Positions 1 through 12,205 of a stretch of DNA of 17,813 nucleotides are shown here, in pieces (the first letter of the stretch is position 1; every line of letters starts with the position of its first letter). The notes under the pieces are model-generated. The model ran no database searches. It was not told the origin of the DNA and was given only the letters and a program-made list of their open reading frames with translations. Source of the DNA: Vitrella brassicaformis CCMP3155 (Eukaryota > Protista > Chromerida). A program made the translations under genes and the position numbers. The DNA lies in NCBI GenBank assembly GCA_001179505.1, contig CDMY01000814.1, positions 1-17,813 of the forward strand, in the 5' to 3' direction.

Positions 1-330
1 GTACAGATAGCCCTTGCGATTCGCCGCTTCAGAGGGGATGGGGAGGGCCTGCCAGTCGCCTTCCGATGCCCTGTGGGTCGTGACAAAGCCCTCGACGAAC
101 GACAGCTCCTCTCCTTGCAGCGACAAGCCGACCGTTGCAGCACCGTGACGATCTGGGCCTCCTTCGTGTTGAGCCGATCTCCCGGATGCAACGAGTGCGA
201 TGCCGAGACTGCTGCTGAGCGATGCTGATGACGATGAGTCGCTGCGCATTGTCGTCCCATTGTGCCGGGCCAGCCACCGCCGATAGCCAAGCAAAGAGGC
301 GACGAAGAGAAGCGCCGCCAAGAAGACCAT
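1..330 (-). CDS. Partial (3' end outside window) protein with N-terminal signal anchor/TM helix, unknown function
   Basis: Seen: stop-free minus frame from ATG at 330 to the window edge: MVFLAALLFVASLLGYRRWLARHNGTTMRSDSSSSASLSSSLGIALVASG...WQALPIPSEAANRKGYLY. Hydrophobic stretch then basic residues then a Ser-rich stem, typical of type II membrane proteins. Upstream in-frame ATGs at 453 and 495 are alternative starts. It is absent from the ORF track, probably because it has no stop in the window. Confidence 0.55.
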   Translation of the reverse strand, partial: MVFLAALLFVASLLGYRRWLARHNGTTMRSDSSSSASLSSSLGIALVASGRSAQHEGGPDRHGAATVGLSLQGEELSFVEGFVTTHRASEGDWQALPIPSEAANRKGYLY

Positions 331-345
331 CCTGCCGACTCGCAG

Positions 346-414
346 GCCACGTCTGACTGCTGAGTGGGGATAGCCACGTCCGCCGTCTTGCTGCCGAATA
401 CTTAATGCCACGTC
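346..414 (-). promoter_or_regulatory. Three copies of the ACGT-core octamer GCCACGTC (GACGTGGC on minus)
   Basis: Seen: exact GCCACGTC at 346-353, 373-380 and 407-414, directly upstream of the minus-strand ATG at 330. Regulatory role is inference. Confidence 0.35.
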
Positions 415-527
415 ATGGCTGCCAGCATCGCTGTGGTTTGCGGAGAAGAACATCAGAAGGGCCCTTCGTAGGCGCCATTTGGGATTCTCCTTCATCCCTT
501 GTCATCCCAAATTCAACACTCCGTCCG

Positions 528-638
528 ATGAGCACATTCCAGAGCAGATGCGATCAGTCGCGTGCAGTGGTCCTATCAACGAAGCTGCTGGCGTCCTTGT
601 TCTTCCTCCTTCCTCGCCGCAAGTGCGAGCTTCCGATC
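528..638 (+). repeat. Dispersed direct repeat, copy 1 (111 bp)
   Basis: Seen: ATGAGCACATTCCAGAGCAGATGCGATCAG...TTCCGATC aligns by eye to 4325-4436 with about 8 substitutions and 1 indel. Confidence 0.92.
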
Positions 639-1586
639 GCTTTGACCGCCGGGAAAAGCAGAGAAAGGCGGACGTTTCTGCGAAGATCTAAGATGGCCAG
701 CAAACAGGGAGGCGGGAAGAATCGAGAAAACGCCATTCGATTCATCCCTTTCCACTCCTTGACGTTGTGTCGCCTCACATGGTCCGCTGCTGCAAAAGGG
801 GCCTTTCTGCAGGAGCCAGCCGTCAGCTCAGCTGGCACAGTGGCCCACCGGCAGCAAGGATAGTGTGCGTGGGCAGGTTGCTTAGTTCTTCACCTGCCGG
901 ATGCCAGGAGGTAATCGGCTCCTTGCGGTCATTAAGTCGGTCTGCCTCGGCGCCTCACAAACAACAAATCAGCGGCCTGCATGTCATTGCTCACGTGTCC
1001 GACGTGCCACGCGAACGCAGATTCAGCGTGGTGTGGATCTGCGAGTGGCGGCGCCGACTGCAGAGATGGAGAAGACCCCAGGCCCACACAGCGACCCTTT
1101 AAGCCAACAATTCACCATGTCAGTCCCAAGGCTGTCCATCCACAGGCAGCGGCCAGAGACGCGGCGGCCACACTGACACATGGCTGACCGACCCACGTGT
1201 GTCTCTGTGTGTGGGAGTGTCTCTGTGATTTATGCCTTGTCTGCCACCGATAGGCCCACCACCCCCTGGCCAAGTCAGACAGCTTCCTCCCCTGGACAGG
1301 TGTGGAGTGTAACACACGAGCAGCCAAAGGGGACCACCCACTTATCATCACATCGCTGTCACCTTTGTATGTGGGATGTCTTTAATCGTGCAGGCACCTT
1401 GCTCCAGCCCGGGCAGGCAGCCCCGCGCTGAATAGTGTCGACAGGCCAGTGATATGGCCGCCCACACCGACTCCGACCGCCATGTCAGTGCCTGTCTACA
1501 CAACGACACACATGCACCATCAGGTCAGTCAGTGACCATGCACATCGATTCATGTCATCTCTCTCATGCCGCACGCACACGTCTCC

Positions 1587-1619
<33 letters not shown>

Positions 1620-1621
1620 TG
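1587..1621 (+). repeat. Compound microsatellite (CT)n(GT)n
   Basis: Seen: about (CT)8 followed by about (GT)9. Confidence 0.9.
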
Positions 1622-2352
1622 ATGTGATCGTCCGCGTCTCGTGTTTGTGTTGTGTGGTGTGCTGCTGGTTCGGTGGCAAGTAAGTCGGCTTCGACCCAGC
1701 AAGCGATGTACTGGCAGAAACAATCCAAATGGCAGGAGCCGCGCCATGCGGCCGACAAGCCAGCCATTCATTGTTTACAGCATCCACACGCACGCACACT
1801 GACTGACGGGAGAGGGAGGCAATGAATGTCAAAGTCAGCGGGGCCAACGCAGCTATAAATCAGTCAGAACCACACGACTACGATCCAACACAACGGCATC
1901 TGGTGGATGGAGGCCCTGCGGTGACTGAGATTAATTCGACTGTGCCCCGTGGCTGCCTGCACAGCTGTGAGCCGGGACGTCCCTCACCGCATCCGTGCGG
2001 CCGGATGGATGGACTGTTTGCCGACAGTTTCTTCTCTGTGCAGCTAGCTCCAGCGACCGGAAGAATGAAATGAAAATTAATTGATGCACAACAAGTCACA
2101 CGAACGAAGGAGTACCACAGCAGAAATGCACACGCCCCTAGGCCCCGCCGTCTCTACTCAAATAGATCATCCAGATGACTAATGCTACCATTCGCTGCAA
2201 TGTCTGTCTTGCAAACCAGAGCACCCCATACGTGGGTGCACCCATTTTGCGCCGTTTATGTACAAAGAAAGACTTGTCGCACTATAGGTGCCAACCCAGC
2301 TCCACTCATTGCCCCCCTCTCTCTCTCTCTGAGGTGGCCGGCCGGCCGCCCG

Positions 2353-4044
2353 CTATGCCGCCACCACCTTCTGGCGGATGAGTGCGGCTGTGCGAGGGTA
2401 CCGCTCATCTGGGCGGCGCTTCCAAGCCACAGGGGGCTCTGTTGAGCAGATCTCCAGACGGTGGTCGACGCAGACAAGAAACTCGTCCGCCGCCTTGTCC
2501 CCACATAGAATGAAGATCCCCCAATGGCGCAGGACATTTGCCTCGTCGACCCACCAGTAGACCGCTTTGCGGCAGCCGTTCCACTGGCGCCCCGAGTCCA
2601 GCATGGCGTCCTGGGTGAGCTGGTACTGGCTGGGAGGTAGGTTGATGAGCCGACTTGGGTGCGTCAAGTGGGGGCGCAGCGAAAAATAAAGCAGGGGGTC
2701 GGTCAAAACCGTCACTTGCTTGTCGACCAGGAAGACGATGATGTCCGTGAAGGCGGAGAATACGTACTTGCCACCTGCAGACAGAGAGCAGACAGGAAAC
2801 AAACAACTCACACATCCACCTCTCTCCGCTATCCCTCCCATGGGTGTGTGTTCGCTCTCCCGGCCGCTCTGCTCACGTTTGGTCGGCGGGTCGGGATCAC
2901 CCAAATCGATGCTGAAGTACGTCAGCGCATCGCTGTCTGCTGAGCCGCCCAGATGGTCCTCGCCCTTGACACGGCTCAAACGAGCAGATTTGTCACTCAG
3001 GCGGTGACTGAATAGCGAGTACTGACGGGCCGCCTGTGGTCGCGAGCTGGACACCGCCCGGCCGCCCACTTGCTGCAGGTCATATGCCGTGATGACGATG
3101 GGCAGAGAGGGGAGGAGGCGGCTGTGCTTGAGGTAGTGGATGAGAGACACACATCGGTCCCAGCAGCCGCCCTTCTCGATGACGTACAGCAGCCGCAACA
3201 GATACCCCACCCTGCCGTCGATCAGCAGCAGCACATACATCAGCTCACCTAAGGTTAGAAGGCACCATTTGCCCAAGCAGACCGACAATAAGATGCAGAG
3301 CGGCCAGAACGAAAAGCCCTCGCCCAGCTGCGCCGAAATCTCCTCACTGGACCAGATCCAGGCGGTGCAGATCCCACCGATGATAAGCAGCGCCACATCA
3401 CACTCGAGGAATATCAGGCCGATCCACTGCACCACACGCAACCCACTCCAGCGACCGACGGACCGCAGAAGGTTACCTAAGTCGTCAGACCCCACCCAAC
3501 ACTGCCTATACGCTCGAACGATGAAGGACGCCTCTCCGAGCAATCCAGCGACCATTTCAACCACGAGGAACGGCATCACGAAGGTAAGCAGGAAGACAGG
3601 CAGCTTGATGATCCCCTCGATAAGCAGCTTGATGCCCCCCTGAGCCCACGGTAATGCATCCAGCGGCCGCAGCAGAAAGTCAATCGGTGGCCAGATCACG
3701 GCGGCGGTGCCGCAGAGGATAAAGGCATAACCCATGATGAGAGCGCTCGAGCCCACGAGACCTTGAACGAGAGTGGAAACAACGTTGACAATGGCCGCGA
3801 TCCACTGCAGCAGAAGCAGCAGGACCGTCTCGCAGCGCTTCTGGTACGTCAGCACTCCGCTGAGGCCCTTGTCGCGGATGGCAGCGTCGAGTCGGTCCGT
3901 CAGGTAGGCCTCGCTGGCCAGCTGGCAGCCGACGCTCTTGGATGAGGCTCGGAGGGGGCCGCAGTCGTCGGCCGTGAGGGAGGCCAGCAGTTGCCTCTCC
4001 ACATCCTCAGGCAAGCCCACCAACCAACACCTACCGGGGTCCGA
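2353..4044 (-). CDS. Multi-pass membrane protein with N-terminal F-box-like motif; 5' end unresolved
   Basis: Seen: long open frame. Exons 4044-2877 and 2774-2353 (TAG). Intron 2775-2876 (GTGAGC...CTGCAG, 102 nt, frame-preserving). Probable upstream intron 4045-4125 (GTGAGT...GTGTGTATGCCAG, 81 nt), so the track's start at 4125 is a GT donor, not a start codon. Motif LPEDVERQLLASLTADDCGPLRASSK resembles an F-box (inference). Several long hydrophobic segments follow. True start codon not located. Confidence 0.75.
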   Translation of the reverse strand, partial: SDPGRCWLVGLPEDVERQLLASLTADDCGPLRASSKSVGCQLASEAYLTDRLDAAIRDKGLSGVLTYQKRCETVLLLLLQWIAAIVNVVSTLVQGLVGSSALIMGYAFILCGTAAVIWPPIDFLLRPLDALPWAQGGIKLLIEGIIKLPVFLLTFVMPFLVVEMVAGLLGEASFIVRAYRQCWVGSDDLGNLLRSVGRWSGLRVVQWIGLIFLECDVALLIIGGICTAWIWSSEEISAQLGEGFSFWPLCILLSVCLGKWCLLTLGELMYVLLLIDGRVGYLLRLLYVIEKGGCWDRCVSLIHYLKHSRLLPSLPIVITAYDLQQVGGRAVSSSRPQAARQYSLFSHRLSDKSARLSRVKGEDHLGGSADSDALTYFSIDLGDPDPPTKREQSGRESEHTPMGGIAERGGCVSCLFPVCSLSAGGKYVFSAFTDIIVFLVDKQVTVLTDPLLYFSLRPHLTHPSRLINLPPSQYQLTQDAMLDSGRQWNGCRKAVYWWVDEANVLRHWGIFILCGDKAADEFLVCVDHRLEICSTEPPVAWKRRPDERYPRTAALIRQKVVAA

Positions 4045-4324
4045 CTGGCATACACACACACGGCCCGGCCCACGTGACATACCCAATGGATGCTGTGTGG
4101 TCATCACATATGGGTGCTCACTCACCGTTGGTGCCCCTGCTCCGCTACGCGCAATCAGATCCCAACAGCTCTAGATTCTGGACAAATCACAGCCACACAA
4201 GAACAACGGACAGTGTGCTGTTTGTGTCGGCGTTCTGTGCCCCGATGGGCAATGTGTTGCGCACCAGCATCTGATCTGCCGCGATAGAGGAAGAGCCCCA
4301 GGACAGGTATTATCGCTCCGTTGA

Positions 4325-4436
4325 ATGAGCACATTCGAGAGCAGATGCGATCAGCCGCGTGCAGTGGTCCTATCGACGAAGCTGCTGGCGTCCTTGTCCT
4401 TCCTCCTTCCCTCGCCACCAGTGCGAACGTCCGATC
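4325..4436 (+). repeat. Dispersed direct repeat, copy 2 (112 bp)
   Basis: Seen: about 92% identical by eye to 528-638, same orientation. Confidence 0.92.
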
Positions 4437-4915
4437 CCAAACGCTCTTCCTCTGCGGTTGCAACCGCCTGTCTTGTTACACGCAGGCCCTAGTCATCACA
4501 TCATCTTGGCCAGTAAGTATATCCAGTCTGTCGCTCAACCCGTCACTTTCTCCTTCCCGTCTCCTCACACTACAAGGCTCAGCTCTCCTCACAAACAAAG
4601 AGTACGGAGACAGTGCGAAGAGCACAGTAATCAGGCAGACATCGACCATCATCCCACAATCACACGTATCCCCACAATCACACGCAGCGTTCTTCCCATT
4701 GTTGAGTGTGCCTGGCTAAGTCATTCATGTGGGTGGACTGCTGGCGCCGACACTGTCGACACATGCAATGAAAAAAAGAAACAAATCTGCCTTCATCCGG
4801 CGTTCCAGGCCTACGTAAAATGGACCGAATCAATACATACGACACACCCAACGCAACCAAGACAATTAATTGTGCAATAGAAAACACAACATACATCGCA
4901 CACACATATTGACTG

Positions 4916-6723
<1,808 letters not shown>

Positions 6724-6923
6724 CGAAGACGGCCTTTCCCTCTCATTCATTGTTTGCGTGCACCTTGACGCCACTCAGTGGACGTGTTATATGCACGTCA
6801 GCCAACAGATCTCCACATTTCAGAAGGAAGCTCGCCGCTAAGCTCGCAAATGATGAGAGCGTAGTGGCAGAAACGATGACGAGAGGGTGAATTTGATGCC
6901 GGTGTGAAGCCTCGCGTGACTCT

Positions 6924-7821
6924 ATGCAGGTGGCGCACTTTTCCAACGAGCCGCTCGAGAAGAGACTGGCCTTCCTCTCGTCTCTCGAAGAAAACGAAGC
7001 CTCGGGGAAGCTCACCGGCCAGCACACAGAGGAGGCGGCAGGCGGAGAGGGGGAGGGGGAGGGAGGGGAAGGAGAGGCCGCCGACCACCACCACAAGCAC
7101 CACCATCACCACCACCACGAAGATGAGCTGAGAGAGGCCGCCGGCAACAAGGGGAACCACAGCGGGCGGCACGCCCATGGCCACGGCAACCAGCATGCGC
7201 TTCCGGAGGGGCGTGAGGGCCTCAAGAGGGTGCGGTCGCTATCTGACGTGACGTCGCAGCAGCGGGCCAGGTACTGCTCGTCCCGCTGCTCAAGGGGTGT
7301 TTTGTCCCCATGCAGACACACACGCGAAGAGAAGCACAAATCTGTCGTCTCCTGCCTGGCGGTGTGTGGACAGGTACGAGAGCGACGCCTCATCGGATGA
7401 GAGCGACGCCGCCAGGCGCAAGAAGCGGAGGCGGCCATCTCATGACGAGCACGACGAGGAGCGGCACTCTCGGCACAACAAGAAAAACCACCACAAGAAG
7501 AAACACAACTCCCACCACCACGGCCACGGCCACCATCATCACAAGAAGCACCGCGGCAACAATTCTGAGAGCGAGAGCGATGACGTCCGTGACCACCATG
7601 AGCGGCACAAGAACAGGAAGCGCCACAACCACCCCAAGAAGCGGCACAACAAGAGGGCACACCGGTCGCTCAGCCCCGTGAGACACTCACACTCCCACTC
7701 GTCGTCCAAAGGGGGCCAGACCAACGAGGTCGACAAGCACCGGTTTGAGTCCAAGGACCCTGCCGTGGCGATGGCCCTGCGGCTCATGAGCGGCAAAAGC
7801 CCTTCGCCAAGCCCTACATGA
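6924..7821 (+). CDS. His/Lys/Arg/Ser-rich low-complexity protein, about 264 aa, 2 exons, unknown function
   Basis: Seen: exons 6924-7270 and 7374-7821 (TGA); intron 7271-7373 GTACTG...GGACAG joins the two frames in phase 2. GC3-rich codons. Contains HHHKHHHHHHH, RRKKRRR and HHKKKHNSHHHGHGHHHHKKH. Start codon is the best available ATG, not certain. Confidence 0.72.
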
Positions 7822-7957
7822 GCGACCGACTTGGGGGTGGCTGAATGCATTGATTGCAATGGGTGTAGGGGGATGGGATGGGATGGAAGCCGTGTGTGTG
7901 TGTGTGTCTGTCGGAGTAAGACTCTCCCCTACTTGCCATTGTGGTGGTTAAAAGGTG

Positions 7958-7985
7958 GGGAGGGAGGGAGGGAGGGAGGGAGGGA
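7958..7985 (+). repeat. (GGGA)7 tetranucleotide repeat, G-quadruplex-capable
   Basis: Seen: gggagggagggagggagggagggaggga. Similar shorter tracts occur near 8490-8505, 9110-9120 and, on minus, 11010-11038 inside a hydrolase intron. Confidence 0.85.
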
Positions 7986-9990
7986 GAAGAGAGGCTCTAT
8001 CTGTTTCGGGTCAGCTGTTTTCCCTTTTTCCCTCAGCGAGCGGCCGGCACGTCTCTTAACTGCATCTGCATGCAGAGCAAGGCCGCACTTTTCTCTTGAT
8101 GCATTGTATGTTGGTGGACGTTCTTCGCCACGCTGTCGTAACGGTCGATGGAGAGCTTGTGAGCAAGTCTCTGTGTCGGACGTCGCGACAAGCGCAGCGA
8201 AGAACGGTCATCAACCACATGCCGACCACATGGTGCTTCAAGCCAGATGCCGTACCTTTTCCTTCCTGGTGCATTCCCTCCTGCCTGTCCTTTGTCCTTG
8301 TGTTTCCTGCGTTGCCGGTGCGGGGATGAATCGAGAGGCAGAGCTGCACACCTCTGGCTCATGATTCGTTGCCCGGGAGGTCACGCAGGAGGCAAGGGCT
8401 GAGGTGCAGGCGGGCGACACAGACAGATGGAAGAATTGGTTGACACGGAGAGAGACAGATGAGGGTGGCTGAGAGATGGGGTGGGAGAGAGGGAGGGAGG
8501 GAGGGCCTGGGTGAGAGAGCGGTGTGTGTATTTTTTGTCAGCATCGACGTGCGAGCATCTGTGCGTGAACTGTCTGCGTATCTGTGTGTGCCTGTCTGTC
8601 TGCGTGTGCGTGTGTGCGCGCGATACCGTCTCTCCACTGTTTTGGAGGACGTCAGTCAAGTGATCTGAATCAATCGTACGATGGATGACCCGCTCGTGCG
8701 TGATGCTGACACCGATGCTCTCTCTGTAATTCTATCATGACCAGCCAGCCTGACTATTATGTGTGGTGCCTGTATGGATGCATGGAGACTCGTGTGAGTG
8801 CGTGTGCGTGGATGATGGATGAGTGTTAACATAGTTGTGCACTCACTCGTCGCAATCTGAGATTCAGAGAGCCACCTGGTGCGTATCCACACCCGTCTCA
8901 CATCGCCATCCGTCCGTCCATCCATTCATCAAGTCACCTTCTCCGGACTCTCACACGCACACACGGGCAACGGCAACGGAAGAGCCCGTTGGCAGAGGAA
9001 GAGTAATCAATATACAGCCACATCCATCCATCCATCCATGGGCTGGCGGAGAATTGAGAGTAATCTACAGGCAGGAAGGGGGATCCCAAGCAAAGCCAGA
9101 ATGAGAGAGGGAGGGAGGGACGCCATGAGCAGCAGCAATAAAACGGAGGTCTGTCTGCCTGTCCGTCTGCATGGGTAGCAAGCAAGCACCAAAGACCTCG
9201 CCCATCCCATCCGGTCTCTCCACTCTCACACCCAAAAACACCCATCCCTCTCCCTCCCCTCCCCTCCCCCTCTCTCTGCCTCTCTATTCATTCAAAAGAA
9301 AGTTCGTTCGGCAACAGAGAGAGGGGAATGAGTGCCAGCCGCCATCGACATCAGTACGAGCAATATCACGAACAAGAGAGTGAGTGGTAGTAACAAATAC
9401 GCCGTGCGTGCTGAGCTGGACCATGCCATCCCATGCCATGCAGTGCCGGGCATAGACTGCCTTGCTGCTCTCACCACCTCAACGTGCATTTCGCACGTCC
9501 GCGAGAGCATCCGGCCGCCTGCCTGACCTCACCTGACCTCACCGCCAGGCTAGTCACTTGGCCCTCTAATTTAGCTCTGTCGCTGACACGCCTACGCCAC
9601 GTAGCAAAAACCCACTCATAACATGATGTGGGCGACAGTGGCGGGTGGTCAGAGACAGAGATGGGGAGAGCGATCGAGGACGGGCGCCAAACTGGGCGCC
9701 GGACAGACAGACTGACTAGCCCAGCACACGGCTGGCCAACACGCCATAGCCATCCAGCAGCCAGCCAGCCAGCCAGTCAGCCAGCACGAATGAACCCTCC
9801 CCTCCCTCCCTCCCCCGCGTGTGTCGTGGACCAACACACGCATTGTCCCATCCCTTTCTCCCTTCCTCTCTCCTCCCCTGTACAGCAGAGAGAGGCCCCC
9901 CACCCACCCCAACACGCCCACCCCATACACACCCATATACACCCGACTGACAGATCGACGAAAAAACGCCAACCAATCTCACCCAGACTC

Positions 9991-12080
9991 TCACTGCACA
10001 ACCGCCACCTGCACGGGCGCTCGCCTGAGCAGCTTCTCAGTGGCGATGGACTGCCTGCCCGTTGGGATGAAGGGCACTGACGGCTCCCTCGCCGGCAGGG
10101 GGATGGCCGGCAGACCCGGCGACAGCTCGGGGGTCTCATGTGTGTCGTGGTGCGACTCGACGTGGTAGACGTCGTTGTCGTTGACGGTGAGGGGGTTGGT
10201 GTAGTTGGACCACCGCAGCTTCTCTGAGAGGGGCTGCGCCGACTGGGCCGACGGCAGGAGGTGCCTGCCGAAGAAGTCGACGATCTCGGGGTGGTACCGG
10301 GGGACGCGATAGGCCTGCACGTGAGCCTGCTCGTGCCAGAACGTCTAATAGAGAATAGAGTGAGTGAGACAGACACAGCAAGGGAGGGGAGAGAATGCAA
10401 TGCACACTGGGTCTGTCTGTATGGTGTGGTGTGTGTGGGCGGCTGCTTTGTACCTGGTATGGTGCGAGGTTCTGTTGTTCTGCGGGCGGTGTTTGTGTCC
10501 TGTTGCGCATGACGGCCTGGTGGATGACCTCGGCATGCGAAAAGGGCACCAACAGGTCCGTCCGGCCGTGGGCATGATGCAGCGGGATCTGCGTGGAAAA
10601 ATGAACCACAGGCAGCCAGACAGACATGGGATCGTGTGAATGGATGGTGGATGGACTGAATGGTCATAATACGTGTGAGTACCAACCTTGATGTTGGAAA
10701 TGATGTGCAGTGTGTTGACGGCGTCCACGTCGAATGGCGCCACGACGCCGATCCAGAACCAGATGTACTGCAGCAACACCGGCGGCACCCACGAACCAAA
10801 CTGACGCACACGACATGGCATGGCAGACAGCATCCACATCCACGGGAACCGTCGCGTTTCGGTCATCTCTCTGTTTATGTGATGTGCCGTGCTTTCCTAC
10901 CTTGAGAGTGAACCAGCTTTCGAAGGCCCACTGGGCCAAGGCGAATGGCGAATCAACCACCAGCGCCCTGCACATCAGCCAACCAGCAACCATGACAACA
11001 GGCGGCCACCCTTCCCTCCCTCCCTCCCTCCCTCCCTCGCTGCCTCTTACTTGACTCGATCTCCGTGAGGGTTCCTGGGGAAGTTGTGTGCCGTCGCGAA
11101 GAGGGAGGCCACGCCGCCCATCGACTCGCCAAAGATGCCAATGTTCTCACACTGTTTCTCTCGGGCGAGGAACCTGACAGCGGCCGTGACGTCGTGGCTC
11201 TCCTCGAAGCCCAAAGACACATATGGCGTGTCGCCGCTGCGGCCGTGGTTGCGCATGTCGACCGTCAACACGTGGAAGCCGGCCTGCACACAAAATGGTT
11301 AAATGGATGGATTAGCGCACAAGACGGTGGGTGCATTTGCAATAGGTACCGTACCTGCCACAGCGGCGCGACTGCCTTGGACAGGACTGACTTTGTGCGT
11401 GTCCTTTTGTTGCTGCTCCAGAGGTCACGGGCCATGTTCTGCCCATGGCCGTGGATCACCGCCACACACGCCTTCGGACCTTCCAGAGGGGCATTCGGCG
11501 ACATAAAATACCACCCTGATCAAAGAGAGCAGAGAGCAGAGAGGTATCACATCACATGCACGTGCGCCCAAGCATGTTGCTCACTCACCGGCCAGATTGA
11601 TGGCCTCATCGACTTCAGGGCTCCTAACGCTGACGACAGTCACATTCTCCCAGTGAGCTATCCCACACGACGCCAACGGATCACTGCACGCAGCAGCAGC
11701 AGCATATACACACCCACCCACACCAACCAGTGCAGTGCCGTCCGCTTCTTTCTCGCATCGCCTTCCTTGCCCTGCCTGCGCCCTCCCTCCTTCTCTCTGA
11801 CTGACGTGTTGTAAGGTTTGTGTCTTGACTGGTACAGCAGCAAGCAGGCCGGGGCGAAGCCCACCAGGACAGAGAACACAGCAAGAGCGATGGCGAAGCA
11901 GACCACCACCCAGTCGGTGTAGAACTGCTCGCCCTTCTTACGACGCAGTCGAGGACGCCGCCAGCGCAGCCTCGCCACACCCTTGAGTGGCGTGCGGCTG
12001 GTTGTTGACGACGTCGGCACATCTGATGCCGACGCCGACGCCGACGTGTAATCGGACGCCTCGTCTGTCGTGGAGGTCAT
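9991..12080 (-). CDS. Alpha/beta-fold serine hydrolase with N-terminal TM anchor, about 477 aa, 8 exons
   Basis: Seen: exons 12080-11806, 11683-11589, 11515-11355, 11283-11051, 10967-10901, 10800-10687, 10588-10454, 10344-9991. All GT-AG, phases consistent, total 1434 nt. Motifs: TM WVVVCFAIALAVFSVLVGFAPACLLLY, GWY, VIHGHG, VLTVDMRNHGRS, nucleophile elbow G-E-S-M-G, ALVVDSPF, HGRTDLLVP (acid) and HEQAHVQAY (His). Confidence 0.9.
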
Positions 12081-12205
12081 AGTTGAGTCCACACAGGCAG
12101 AGGCAGACCGCTTTTTCATTCGAACACGATCGCACCAGATTGCGAGCTTGGAGCTGCCATCCTCTGTGGTGCGTTATCTTGCTCGTTTGGCCTCGCCAGG
12201 ACACA

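Noticed and set aside
4090-4125. ORF-track start of the 590-aa protein at 4125
   Set aside because: The GTG at 4125 is the GT of a GTGAGT donor, and the following 81 nt end in a (GT)n...CAG acceptor. Many track starts are GTG or TTG, which are not normally used in eukaryotes.
4651-4684. Short tandem duplication ATCCC(C)ACAATCACACG x2
   Set aside because: Two units only, no spacers. Consistent with slippage, not CRISPR or another structured array.
7268-7377. 7-nt direct repeat CAGGTAC at both ends of the His-rich gene intron, suggesting an introner-type insertion
   Set aside because: Mostly explained by the CAG/GT splice consensus. No inverted repeats and no second copy of the intron in the window.
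9777-10811. 344-aa minus ORF overlapping the hydrolase
   Set aside because: Off-frame read-through of the hydrolase exons and introns. The spliced frame carries all catalytic motifs.
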